Positions 12,380 through 24,395 of a DNA stretch of 64,000 bases are shown piece after piece. The DNA lies in NCBI RefSeq assembly GCF_006345805.1, contig NC_042999.1, positions 26,908,001 to 26,972,000 on the forward strand. The letters are read 5' to 3'. The notes beneath the pieces are model-generated. The model was not told the origin of the DNA, ran no database searches, and worked only from the letters and a program-made list of their open reading frames with translations. The first letter of the stretch is position 1. The number at the start of each line of letters is the position of its first letter. Source of the stretch: Octopus sinensis. Lineage: Eukaryota. A program made the translations under genes and the position numbers.

Positions 12380-14700
12380 ATATCTATTGAAGTTAGTAGG
12401 TTGTATACTTACTCCACAATAATTTTAAGTATTTAGCAATGTTCACATCTATTTCTATGATGGTTCTACTCTACCTAATCTTTTTCGATATTCAAATGAT
12501 ACCTTTATAATAACATAAATTATTATACCCCATATACCCATACTTAACTCTTAATATAAAATATAAGATTTCCAAAAATTATTTCTATTTCTCTCTATTT
12601 CCATTTTCTATATGCATTTTTTGGTTACTTCCCTTCCATTGTAGTTAAATAACTTTTGTATTTAAATCAATAATTGTATCCTGTTTACTAAAAATCTCAT
12701 TCTAAAAAATCTTCTAAATTACCCTAATTAATATTTTATAGCCTTATACGACTAGATAATATTGTTTAAAAAGTTTTGTTTTGAGAAATTACTTGATTTC
12801 TCTTTCTCTTAAATATTTCTACCCTCATAATCTTAGTATGTATAAGGGAGCTTTGTATAAATAGCATTTTGTAATTATCAATTAGAAATCAATCATCATG
12901 TAAGGCTTAATAATAGCAATTTCTTAAACCTATAATAAAACCCATAATTTTTTTTAAAAGATTTGTTGATAATAAAAATTTTTATCCAATCACTTAATTA
13001 TTTCTTTACCCGAACTTAAACATCAGTCATTTATAGATATTCTCCTGACAAGTAAATATAATTTTTAGTCGAAAATTTAGAATTATAATTTTTGTCTGAC
13101 AAATTACCTTACTTATTGATGTAAATAAGCTAAATATACCTTACAAGAGTTTTTGGAATATAAATCGTTTTACCCCCTTGTCCATAATATTCTACAAAGA
13201 ATTATATTTTTATTTTTTTATTTCTTTATTTTACTTTAAAGCCAATCTCTTTTCTATTTATTTACTATATAATTTTATTTAAAATATATCTCTATAAATT
13301 TCATACTCAGCATATATAAAACTATGCTGGTATATTCCCTGTTTCTAATAAGAAATTGGTTGGTTGGCATCCTTTCTGTCTCGGGAGACAATGGAGTTGC
13401 GCATGCTCAAACTAACATTGTTAATATTTAATATATAAATTTTAACATATTCCTTTAACTTAACTTTCCTTTATTTAATACCAATAATTACCATTTAATA
13501 AATAACTATAAATATATGTTAAGTTAGTGTAGAAATATATAAATATGGGTGGAGGCGCAATGGCCCAGTGGTTAGGGCATCGGACTCGCGGTCGTAGGAT
13601 CGCAGTTTCGATTCCCAGAACGGGCGTTGTGAGTGTTTATTGAGCGAAAACACCTAAAGCTCCACGAGGCTCCAGCAGGGGATGGTGGTGATCCCTGCTG
13701 TACTCTTTCACCACAACTTTCTCTCACTCTTACTTCCTGTTTCTGTTGTACCTGTATTTCAAAGGGCCGGCCTTGTCACTCTCTGTGTCACGCTGAATAT
13801 CCCCGAGAACTACGTTAAGGGTACACGTGTCTGTGGAGTGCTCAGCCACTTACACGTTAATTTCACGAGCAGGCTGTTCCGTTGATTCTGATCAACCGGA
13901 ACCTTCGTCGTCGGAACCGACGGAGTGCTTCCATCCATATAAATATGGAATTATTTCTATATTTTCTGTCCCTCTATTGTGTAAAAATTTGATAATACTG
14001 AAAGTATTCAGAAATATTCTTTTTAGTGCTCTTTAGAATAACTCTAAAATGTATCTGTGTATATACAAATAATATTGTTTTATGGTAGGTAAATGTTTGA
14101 TACTATATGATTTCACTCATTACCCCATTAGCATTAGCCTGCAAATTTAGCTGCTATAATCTTGTCTGAAATATATTCTTACTGAACCAAATGGTTTTAC
14201 TTCAAAGAAATCTTGATTTATGACTCTGCCACTTAAATTGTCTGTCTATTTTGCCCTATCCATAAAGGATATATTGTAGTTTCTCTTAGATTTGATGAAC
14301 TAGTCTATAAACGAAAACTAAGACCCCCGACTAGTAAATCTGAATAACACAAATAATCAGTGATAAGCAGTATCTTTTTTGAAAAACTCTCAATTAAATC
14401 TATGATGTTGTTGATAAAAAACGTTCTTTGTCTATATACTTATCCTGTTGGTAATTTCAGATAAAAAGAAAATTATAGAAATGAATCCTTCGAATATAAC
14501 TAAATTCTATATTTTTATGTAGCTGAAGATTGCTCTACATTTTAAATTGATGTAATATTTGTATTGTTCAATTAAATGGAGTCGTATGAAACAATCGTAT
14601 TGCATTACCTCTGGATATCCTTGTTGCTTATTTTTATTATAATCACCCCATTTAGAATTATATGGATAATACCATACTAAATTGTTAATCTAAATTTTAC
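12380..14700 (-). pseudogene. Putative highly decayed Polinton/Maverick-type protein-primed DNA polymerase B relic, interrupted by a SINE
   Basis: Collinear degenerate motifs across frames on the minus strand: RFTSRGS* (14318-14341), SYSIKHLP (14087-14110), FIYAEYE (13300-13320), LSGEY (13037-13051), PYTY (12836-12847), GIWG (12527-12538), DVN (12441-12449), QPTNFNRY (12380-12403). Many stops and frameshifts. Confidence 0.4.
13549..13936 (+). mobile_element. tRNA-derived SINE, family B, full length
   Basis: Near-identical to 3545-3934; 12-bp TSD ATATAAATATGG at 13537-13548 and 13937-13948. Confidence 0.92.
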
Positions 14701-17464
14701 CATATTCATCTGAATCTACATTTTACTGAAATTATATACATATATATACATGTTTTTTTTTAATATTTATGTAATATGATATTATGGTATGTTATATTCA
14801 TAGTATTTAATGTAATATAATGTAATGTAAATGAATTATTGGATTGTCATTCGAGTATGTCTATATTTAATTTATCTTTATAATTGAATTGTACCAATAT
14901 TTATATGGTATCCAAATGATGTACCACTGAATTGGATATTTAACACACCCCTTTGAATGATTTCTTTCCCTCTGTTTGTTACTATATATATATATATTTA
15001 TATATACATATATATATATGAGTATGTATGTATGTATATATGCATTAATTGAGAAAATGAAGTGATTTTGAATAAAGCAGATGTAGATCTTTCTATATAT
15101 ATATTACATTAGCAATCGAACCAGTTTTGTTTGCCTAGCTTATAAAAGGAAAAATACTGATATATTTCTTACATGTGCGTATGTAAAACGATGTGTTAAT
15201 ATGTTAATACAAGGGGTTTGGCTATACTGGAATTGTTTGATGTATGCATATATTAGACTGTGTGTATATGTACGCGTGTGCATGAACTTGTATTGCTATA
15301 CTCCGTGTGCATCTCTGTAATGCAAATTTGTGTGAATGTTTATGTATGTATTTCTTCCGTACATATATTCTGTTGACTCCATGGAACAGAAAAAAATTCT
15401 TGGAATACGTTATAAATTTTGACTGCATGAACCTGTTTTGATTAACTTCGTTTCACCTTAAGTTTCTTTTTTCATCGAGTTTGTTTTATCATTATATTTC
15501 CATTCAGATCTATTTTAAAACCATTTTCTGTTGACCATATCTATTCAGCACTTAATCTTTTATAAAGTTGCGAACGTTACTTTTTATATTTTTACATAAA
15601 CTATTATGAGAGTGCAATATATAAATATTTAACACATATATTATCACATAGATAAGATTTTTTCCCATTCTAAAAGTCGTTAATTCGGTTCTGGTGTAAT
15701 TATACAATGAGCGTACATTTGTGTGTAAATAAAAGCAAGTGTCCAGATGTATTGCGAACGTGCATACGTGTGAGTGCGTGTACGTGTCCGTGTGGGTGTA
15801 AGTATGTGTGTGTGCACCTATCTACGTGTGCTTTTATAATCGAAGCGGGTTTCTTATATATTTATATTTATATATTTTAAAAGATAGATTTATAAATTTG
15901 TATTTAGAAATTTATTTTAATAAATTATATATATTTGATGTGTTCTATGTATTTATTTTATCCATGCCATGTATTAATATTTAAATAGTATGTTCTTAAA
16001 GATTTTAACAAATGAAAATACATACAATATACAAAAATATGAATGTAACCGCGGTGTCTAACCAGAATCCAGCATTACATTCAGTCATGTAAGTATAGTG
16101 ATTTAATTCTGCAATACTTATAACTCTCTTAGAACAGAAACGTGTAACGTCATGTAATGCGTTGTTACGTGCTCAGTTTAAAATGAATAGGATGAAACTC
16201 CAGAATACATACTGATTAACATTTATGTCCTTGTTTGCGCATACTTTTGTGCAAGCGTATAAAAATACTGACTTTCGCCTACCCATCCAACACACATATC
16301 TCCGAAATAAATGATCAGTGAATGGAGTTTTCAATTTTGTCCACTTAATATTATCAAATTAGGAGAGAATAACAATTTCTAAAAAACATTTGTGACTCCA
16401 TATCACTCTTATTATCCAGTAATTATTGCTGCAGTGAGTTAATATTCTCGATATTAATTATGTTCTATAAAATATCATTCAATTAGTAATCATTTCTTCA
16501 TTCTTGTTTATTTCTTGAATAAATTTTAACATTACATGTCTCCATACCCATGGAGGTCGAAACTAGAGGTACAGGGAAGAAAATCAAAAAGGGAGATGGA
16601 AAAGTTAGTCAAGATTTCAAATGTATGAAACTTAACTGGTAAGCAAATCTCTCTTCAGAACTGTTACACTAGGAATATTCAATATCAGCATCAAATCTGC
16701 ACTATATTATATTCTACCATTGCTAATGTCTGCAGTTATCATCGGAAAGCTCAAAAGTTGCACGAAAAGGTATTCTGAGAAAACTATGTATATTAAATAT
16801 CTAGGAACAAATATCACTGTGTCAATGTCTTGCAAGATATCATCAGCTAATTTATAGCGAAAAGTAGTGGAGGTGGGCAGGTACTGTTCTGTGTTATGTG
16901 CGCAAAGTCATAACTTGGTTCGGATTCCATAAAAGAAATGGACGGTAGATTTATGGATTATCATGTCACAATGGTGTAAAAATAAATTAAAGATAACACG
17001 GATGGCACGGACGCATATGTGAAGAAATGCTCAAGAGAGAGGGCAGAAATGTTTTGGGGAAAAATATTCCAAATATCCAGATACCCCACGATGATGGTGA
17101 TGATGATGATGAAGATGATAATTATGATGATGATGTGGAGCTGGCGGTTGATAACGAGTGATGTTTTCGCAGTTATTATTTTCATGTGCATATTTTGTAT
17201 TCTTAAATCAATATATATACTTATCATTCATGTAACTTGTATACATGAACGGTAGAAAAATAGATTGAACAGCAAAAGAATTATTATACTATGTATTGGT
17301 AGTATATGGTTCCGCTTACAATAGTGACAGCGATAGTGAATAGTTACATTTCCACTTCATAGTATGCCATCAAGTCAGTGCACAGTTCGATATCAATTAA
17401 TGAATTTAAAAGTTATGTAATCCAAAATTATAGCTTCCGCGGGGACTACAATTTGTCCCTGTAG

Positions 17465-17509
17465 AGACTAAATCTGGTGCATTCTTGCTTATTGAAGACG
17501 AAGATATAG
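17465..17509 (+). other. Candidate 45-nt internal coding exon (unverified)
   Basis: TTTGTCCCTGTAG|exon|GTGAAG; phase 1-1; reads (E)TKSGAFLLIEDEDI(G). No homology recognised. Confidence 0.15.
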
Positions 17510-17829
17510 GTGAAGGAGTGTGGCTACATAATTACCATTATTTTGTCATACATCAAATGAGTTTTAGTTACAACTTAAAAGTGACGAGGTGAACGGTTTT
17601 CAATAGTTGTTTAGTAATTTAAAGTTATGAAAGAGTCTTTCTTCATAAGAAAAACATAACCTATTAGATTGTTTAAAGTGTCTCTTAAATTAAGAACAAG
17701 TAAATGCTTGAAAGATTTTCACCCAGCATTCCTCGTTTGCCGCAGTCCAGCAACATAACAATGTTGATTGTAGTATTCCAAAAGCATTTGCATTCAACCT
17801 CCCTTGTTTATCCTATCAATATGTTTATA

Positions 17830-18078
17830 ATTAACGTTTCTACTCTAGGCACAAGGCCCGGAATTTCTAGTTGACTAGATCGACTCCAGCACGTACTTAA
17901 TTTATCGACCCCGAAAGGATGAAAGGCAAAGTCCACCTCGGCGGAATTTGAACTCAGAACGTAGCGGTTGACGAAATACCTATTTCTATTTCTTTACTAC
18001 CCACAAGGGGCTAAACGTAGAACTCACAACGTAACTGCAGACGATATACCGCTAAGCATTTCTCCCGACGTGCTAACG
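17830..18078 (-). mobile_element. SINE family D composite (young tail joined to older body)
   Basis: Minus strand: head, then GGGTAGTAAAGAAATAGAAATAG|GTATTTCGTC, then body ending in a GGGCCTTGTGCCTAGAGTAGAAA-type tail. Confidence 0.85.
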
Positions 18079-18101
18079 TATAATATCTTTAAAACAATGA
18101 G

Positions 18102-18310
18102 TATGCGGTGAGCTGGCAGAATCTTTAGCACTGCGGGCGAAATCCTTAGTGGCATTTCGTCCGTATTTTACATTCTGAGTTCAAATTACATCGGGGTCCA
18201 CTTTTACTTTCATCATTTCGTTGTCGATAAAATAAGTAACAGATGATCACTGACGTCGACGTAAAGGACTTAAACCTGGCCCCAAATTTGCTGGCTTTGT
18301 GCCAAACTTT
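18102..18310 (+). mobile_element. SINE family D, older copy, head-to-head with 17830-18078
   Basis: GCGGTGAGCTGGCAGAATC...GAGTTCAAAT...GTCGATAAAATAAGTA. Confidence 0.85.
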
Positions 18311-19458
18311 GGAAGCGATATATACAAAATGAAGTACTAATCATTTACAAATCTAAGTCTTTGGGTTTGTACTCAAATAAGAAATCATTGTTGTACATAG
18401 TAAGTTGAATTTTTTTTTTAAGTAATGTGATTATATCAGATAATGTACAGTCCTGATAGATGTATTACTGAAACTGAAACAACATTAAGAATCCGAGCTT
18501 AACTAAGGATTTAAATTTCAATATAAAATAGAATATTTTGTCTGATAATGTGTGCTATCTAGCGCATTTGTGCACTTGGGAAATAAATTATATGTTTTTC
18601 GTGGAAGCTACTTCATCTGGAAGCCGATAACAATTTTCAAAGACATTATTTGAAAGAAAACTAGGATTTGTATCAATTGAGGTTGACGTTCACTTAATTG
18701 GTTTTTAAAAAAGCTATTGAAGTGAAAAACACACTTTCGCATGCGCTAAAATAACGGAATTTTTTGCCAGAACCATAGAAACATATCTTGTGAAAACTGT
18801 GGATTATCTCCAATAATTTAATAGATAGGAAGAGATACAGAAATATCTTTATAGAAGCATCACCAATGAATGATTTCGTCTATTGTTTAACTTGTAGGCA
18901 AAGGGCTATGGAATTGCAGAATAATGATCTATTGGCTTGATTCAAAGAATGTCACCTGTGAATGATGTCATCTGTGAACAGCTATAATACAACCTCGCAA
19001 CTTTCTTCAATTTACTTTTTATAACGATACTTAGGTCGACATGTTGCTATGATAGAACGGACTACTGAGCAGTGGCGTTTATCTCCTAAGTACGTAGCTA
19101 TGAAACATTCTTCTGATCTTACACATAAAACTGGTCAATATTGATATTTCTATTACAAATTACAAAGGAGAATATACAAAAGAGAAGGCATTAATATCAT
19201 TAATGTCAACGTACATATAATACTTTATGGACAGCCAAATATATGTAAGCAAATACATCAACACGTTTCTCTAAGTATCCTGTCATACATATGAACTACA
19301 TTTACAATTTAGACAAATATTTTAGCTCTTTTATTACACGGCGACCTATATTTTCTATCTTATGAATATCGTCTTATCTACTTGCAATGCTTGGAACATG
19401 AATGTATTGATGCCATATATTTTGAAAAAATTGATGCAAATTAAATTTTGTTCTATTA

Positions 19459-19497
<39 letters not shown>

Positions 19498-20107
19498 GTT
19501 ATTACGGTCTAATTTTTACTTTGTAAATTATAAATTTTTATCATTTGTAAGTTTTCTTTTGCCATTCATTCGTATTTGTGTACGTCTACTTTTAACTATA
19601 GTTTTTATTCGAAAATGTTTATTTGCCATTGCTTTCATTACTATATAATCACAAGTATATATTTTAATTTTCATCCCTACATTTTATTAATTTTATATGA
19701 ACGTTTATAGACATAAGTCACGTGAGAATTTAGCTTTTGTAAATTTTTAAATTTTTATTATTCATTTTTTTTTATTTGAATCAAATTATGGCTTGCACAG
19801 TAAAGTTCGGCGAATTTATCTGCGCATACGCATACTTATCTGTTAAAATAAAAATATAGTATTTGGTATTGAACTATAATAAAATCATTTAGAGGTCTGA
19901 CGATTGGGGTTGCGTTTTAAGAAATGTTCCTGTAAAACTGTGCGTGATTAAGGAACCGTAAAAGAACCTGAAGAAACACGTGTAGCTGAGATGTAGAAAT
20001 GAGTAGTAAGTATTAAAATAATATTCTTTCATATGGTGTGATGATGGGGACTGCTATCTCTAAATAACATATATATGCATATACATACACATACACACAC
20101 ATACACA

Positions 20108-20175
<68 letters not shown>

Positions 20176-20207
20176 GTGTGTATATATATATGTAGTATAT
20201 ATAAATT

Positions 20208-20704
20208 GCAGTATGTGTGTGTATAATGACTAACGCATACATTTTCACTATTCTCAACAAATTTTCACCAAACGTTACGCACACATTACATATTTCTTAT
20301 GTCCCAACTTTTTGCCCTGAGGTTCCGAGTAAATGGACGTAAATGGGTATAGTTATTTTGTATCAAGGGTTTTCCATAATTTTTTATATTTCTATAAAAG
20401 TGAAAGGCAACTACAATTGCAGCATGAAAGATGTTCGTAAGTCATTTAAGAATACACAAAAAACCGTAAGATTCACTTTAAAATTTAAATTTAATGATGC
20501 AAAATATTTTCGTCGATTTGAAACTGCGACCTGTTCACTGACAACACTTCGAATGTTGTCTATTTATTTATTTGTCAATTCATTTATTTCCATTGCCCAC
20601 CTATACAAATCACAGTATATGTGTGTTGATAATGACTAACGCTTACATTTCCACAAATCTCAACCGATTTTCACCAAACTTTACGCACAAATTACTTATG
20701 TCCA
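20208..20704 (+). repeat. Two diverged copies of an approximately 95-bp segment (20208-20303 and 20613-20704), possibly decayed Helitron-like bodies
   Basis: ATAATGACTAACGC(A/T)TACATTT...TTTTCACCAAAC(G/T)TTACGCACA shared; element ends not resolved. Confidence 0.55.
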
Positions 20705-21121
20705 ACCGATGGCTATGCACTATAACATTTTTCCTACAGCTCCTGCGTATTTGGATGTAACTTTACCTATTCTGAGTTACTTGAAAGGTGATATTCCCTT
20801 TCCTTTGTTATATTTGTTGATACATTTGTCTGCCTTTGATAACGTTGTTTCACTTTAAGGATGGTTATTTCCTCATCCATTATGATATGTCGATTGTTGA
20901 CACTTATTTCAAATACATTTTAGCATTGTTGTTCTAGCCCTTTTTGGAAAATCACATATAATTCTTCCCAAAGAATCAACCTTTAAATAAGAGTTTTTAT
21001 TCCACTAGCGAAACCTAACGTATCTTTCAGAAGACTCAATACCAATTTAAATTTATGTGGCATTCGCTGTTAGTTTATGTGCAGGCAATATGGGAAGACA
21101 GAATAAAGGGGCGTTTCTTAC

Positions 21122-21130
21122 CTTATACCT
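21122..21130 (-). other. Candidate 9-nt microexon (unverified)
   Basis: Minus strand CTATTTTTCAG|AGGTATAAG|GTAAGA; length divisible by 3. Confidence 0.12.
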
Positions 21131-21686
21131 CTGAAAAATAGCTCTCTTTTTTGTTTAATAAAACAAACTCACAGAGTGGGTGATTCGACGTCTTTTTTCA
21201 ATTTCCTTACAACATTTATATGGCTGTTTCTGAAATAATTTCGATTTCATGTAAAACAACTATATTTTGTAGTCATTATCCGTAATCTACTCCCAAAAGA
21301 TTTCAGTAGCTCTAATTTACATCGCTTGCAAATTTATATGTTCTATGATCATTAAAGTTCAATGACCTCCACAATAACCAGCGTTTAATTTCATTTTTCG
21401 TTCCTAGGTTAATCAGAAAGATAGATTGCCGTGGTACCTTCTAGGTAGTTCAAACGCTTCGTGATGAAAAATAACACCAAAGCAATGGCTTCTTGGAGCT
21501 AATCAACGGCAGCTTTCGTCCTATATTTATGAACTGCCATATTAGCTTGGCGATAACTATTAATATCCAGTACCGCTGCCGTAGTCACCTTTAGAGAGAC
21601 TGAGAAATAATAATATTTCTATTTCTATCTCTCTATATATGCACAAGTGTATATATGTTTACATACACACACACACACACACACAC

Positions 21687-21773
<87 letters not shown>

Positions 21774-22227
21774 ATTCACACATATATAAAGAATGAAAGA
21801 GAACACGATATTATGTAAATAGAGGAATTTATCTGTAAATATAATATGTGACAATCATGCAGTAGCCATGATAAAACTGAGTTTCGGATGTCGAGGCGGA
21901 AAATCGCATCGGCATCTCTTCATCGGGCCATCAAAACAATGCTATGAAAATGACCGTTAAAAAAAAGGAAATTACTATGTGATTGACCGTTATTAAGACA
22001 AAAGAGCTATTAGAATGACCGCTAAATAAGGGGATGGAGTAAAAAGTAAAGAGATTGGATGTGCTGTGTGAGCTATATGCAGAAGAGGGAAAATCGGATT
22101 ATGTCATCATCTAACTTAATATCTGGGGAGTACATAACTGTAATCTTAGCTTTCTACAACTATTGCATTATTCTTCCCACGCTGTTGTTTACATCTCCTC
22201 TTTTTCAGGATATTCAGCTACGAGAAA

Positions 22228-23240
22228 GGAGAAACTAACGATGAACACCGAGCAATGAAGAAACTAGAAAACTTTGTTCCGGATGAGGAAAACTCCGTCT
22301 CAAGAACTTGAATTGGTTCAGTGTATAGAAATAAGACCGTATCGCGCACAAGTGGTTCAAAGAGAGGCACGAGGAGATAGAAGATGATACCAGTAGCTGG
22401 AGGCCTTCAGAAAGAAGGACTGAAGTAGTCAAAGTTGAGCAGGGATGGCATGATTCCAAGTCAGTTCGACATGAAAAAGGACCGTGTTTGGAAGATTATC
22501 ACTGAAGATTTGGACATGCGAAAATTCTGCGCAACAATGGAGCTAAGGCTGCTGCTGCACGGAGATTAGAAGGAGTGCCACATGCAGGTGTATCAGGACA
22601 TCCAGTGTCTTAAACTGAGCCAGACTTGCTTTGTTATGTAATCATTGGTGATGAGATAAATTTTTGAGTAGTATCCGGAAACAAAGTGCTTGAGCTTTTA
22701 GTGGAAATCTCCGACATCACCGAAGAAAGCAAGTCGGTTAAAATCAAAAGTTAGAGTTTATGTTGATCACATTCTTCGATGTGGCAGGCATCGTCTACTG
22801 TGTGTTCTTACTACAGGTCCAGACAATCAATTAGCAAATCTACAAAGAGAACCTGCGGCGCTTGCTTCGCTCAGCACGCAGAAAGATTTAGGAGTCGTGG
22901 CAAGACAAATCAAGGCTGCTTCACCACAACGCTGCACCTCTTAACAACGCCCTGGACATCGGGCAGTCCCGAGAAGAACATCACCGTACGGAAACAACCT
23001 CCCTGTACTTCTGATCTTCCTCCGTGTAAAGTTTTTCTTTTCCACAAGTTCAAGGAGATCATGAAGGAGACCCATTTTGAAGGCGTGGCACCCAACAAGA
23101 GGAGCGTAATGACGGAGTTGTGTGTTGTTCTAGATAAATCCTTTCAGAAGTGCATAGAGGCGTGGCAGAGAAGGATGGAAAAGTGCATTAGACTCTACGA
23201 GGATTACTTTGAAGAGGAAACCATGTTTGTTGTTTGAAAC
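22228..23240 (+). pseudogene. Mariner-family transposase pseudogene
   Basis: IIGDE (22641-22655, first catalytic D region), KSK..MLITFFDVAGIV (from 22741) and QPPCTSDLPPCKVFLFHKFK...FQKCIEAWQRRMEKCI, matching the mariner HPPYSPDLAP motif and C-terminus; frameshifted. Confidence 0.9.
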
Positions 23241-24357
23241 TGAAATGGATTGTTTGCGACAATCTCTTAAAAATCGTAGAATAACATTTTGGTGACGTGA
23301 TCAACATAGACTCAAATGAGTCGATCAGTTAATAATTAACATGGTTTATTTAACATCATCACCAACTAAACTGTTGACACTTAAGGTGAATGAAAATAAT
23401 GTGTCATTCTGAGTTACTGAACAATTCTTGTGAGTATTCTTAGAAAAACTTTCAGTAAGTTCTTGACAATTATTTAATAACTGTTATCTGCCAAGAAATA
23501 TTACATCGATAAACCGGTTTCAAAAGCAAATTGGTGGCAGCAGATAATACAGGCATTTCACTAATACAGGAGAAAATATGTAGCTATTCGCATTAAATTA
23601 ATAAAACATTTGTGTATACGGTATATGACAGTGCCAATTATTTATACTCTAACTATAGCACACTTCAATATTATTGATAAATGTAGTTGCGTGAGTTGCT
23701 AACTTAAGGTGTGTATGTTCTAAAAGATGGTTTGATCAACATTAGAATGAACACACGACATGTATCAGGGATTGTACCACTTAAATTATAGTTTTGTATT
23801 TCTGCGTTTATGAATATGAATATTATATGATACTATTCCCATCGCTATTTAATCGTTGAATTACAAGGTTTAAGGTGTCTTTGCGAGAATAAACGTTGAT
23901 ATTAAAATATTTTTGTTTATAGTATATGCTAGATATTTATATACTACAGTGAAAATATCTTTTTTTTAGATTATTGCTATATTATACAGATATACTGAAA
24001 TTTCTCGAAAAGCACAATTCAACATTTCTTCGACATATATTTTATACATTAAATCCTTCTCATATTTCTACTGATTGCACACCATATAGAAAAGATTTAT
24101 CAATCATTTTCACAAAACCTACATGCAAATATTGCATTTCTGCTCATCGTAATGAACACATATATATATAATCAATATTGCATTTTATAAATATTTAATT
24201 CCAGAAAAGAAATCAATCGCTGTAATTTTAATAGACAGAATTAAAACTTTTATTTTTACTTGTCCCCATGTCCAATTCAATTTACTTGTTTGTACACCCG
24301 TGTAGGTACGGCTTTAACATATATATATTATATACAAACACGCACACAGGCACGCAC

Positions 24358-24395
<38 letters not shown>

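Noticed and set aside
16550-16645. ATG-initiated frame MEVETRGTGKKIKKGDGK... ending at a GTAAGC donor
   Set aside because: No promoter evidence, no recognised homology and no confidently linked downstream exon.
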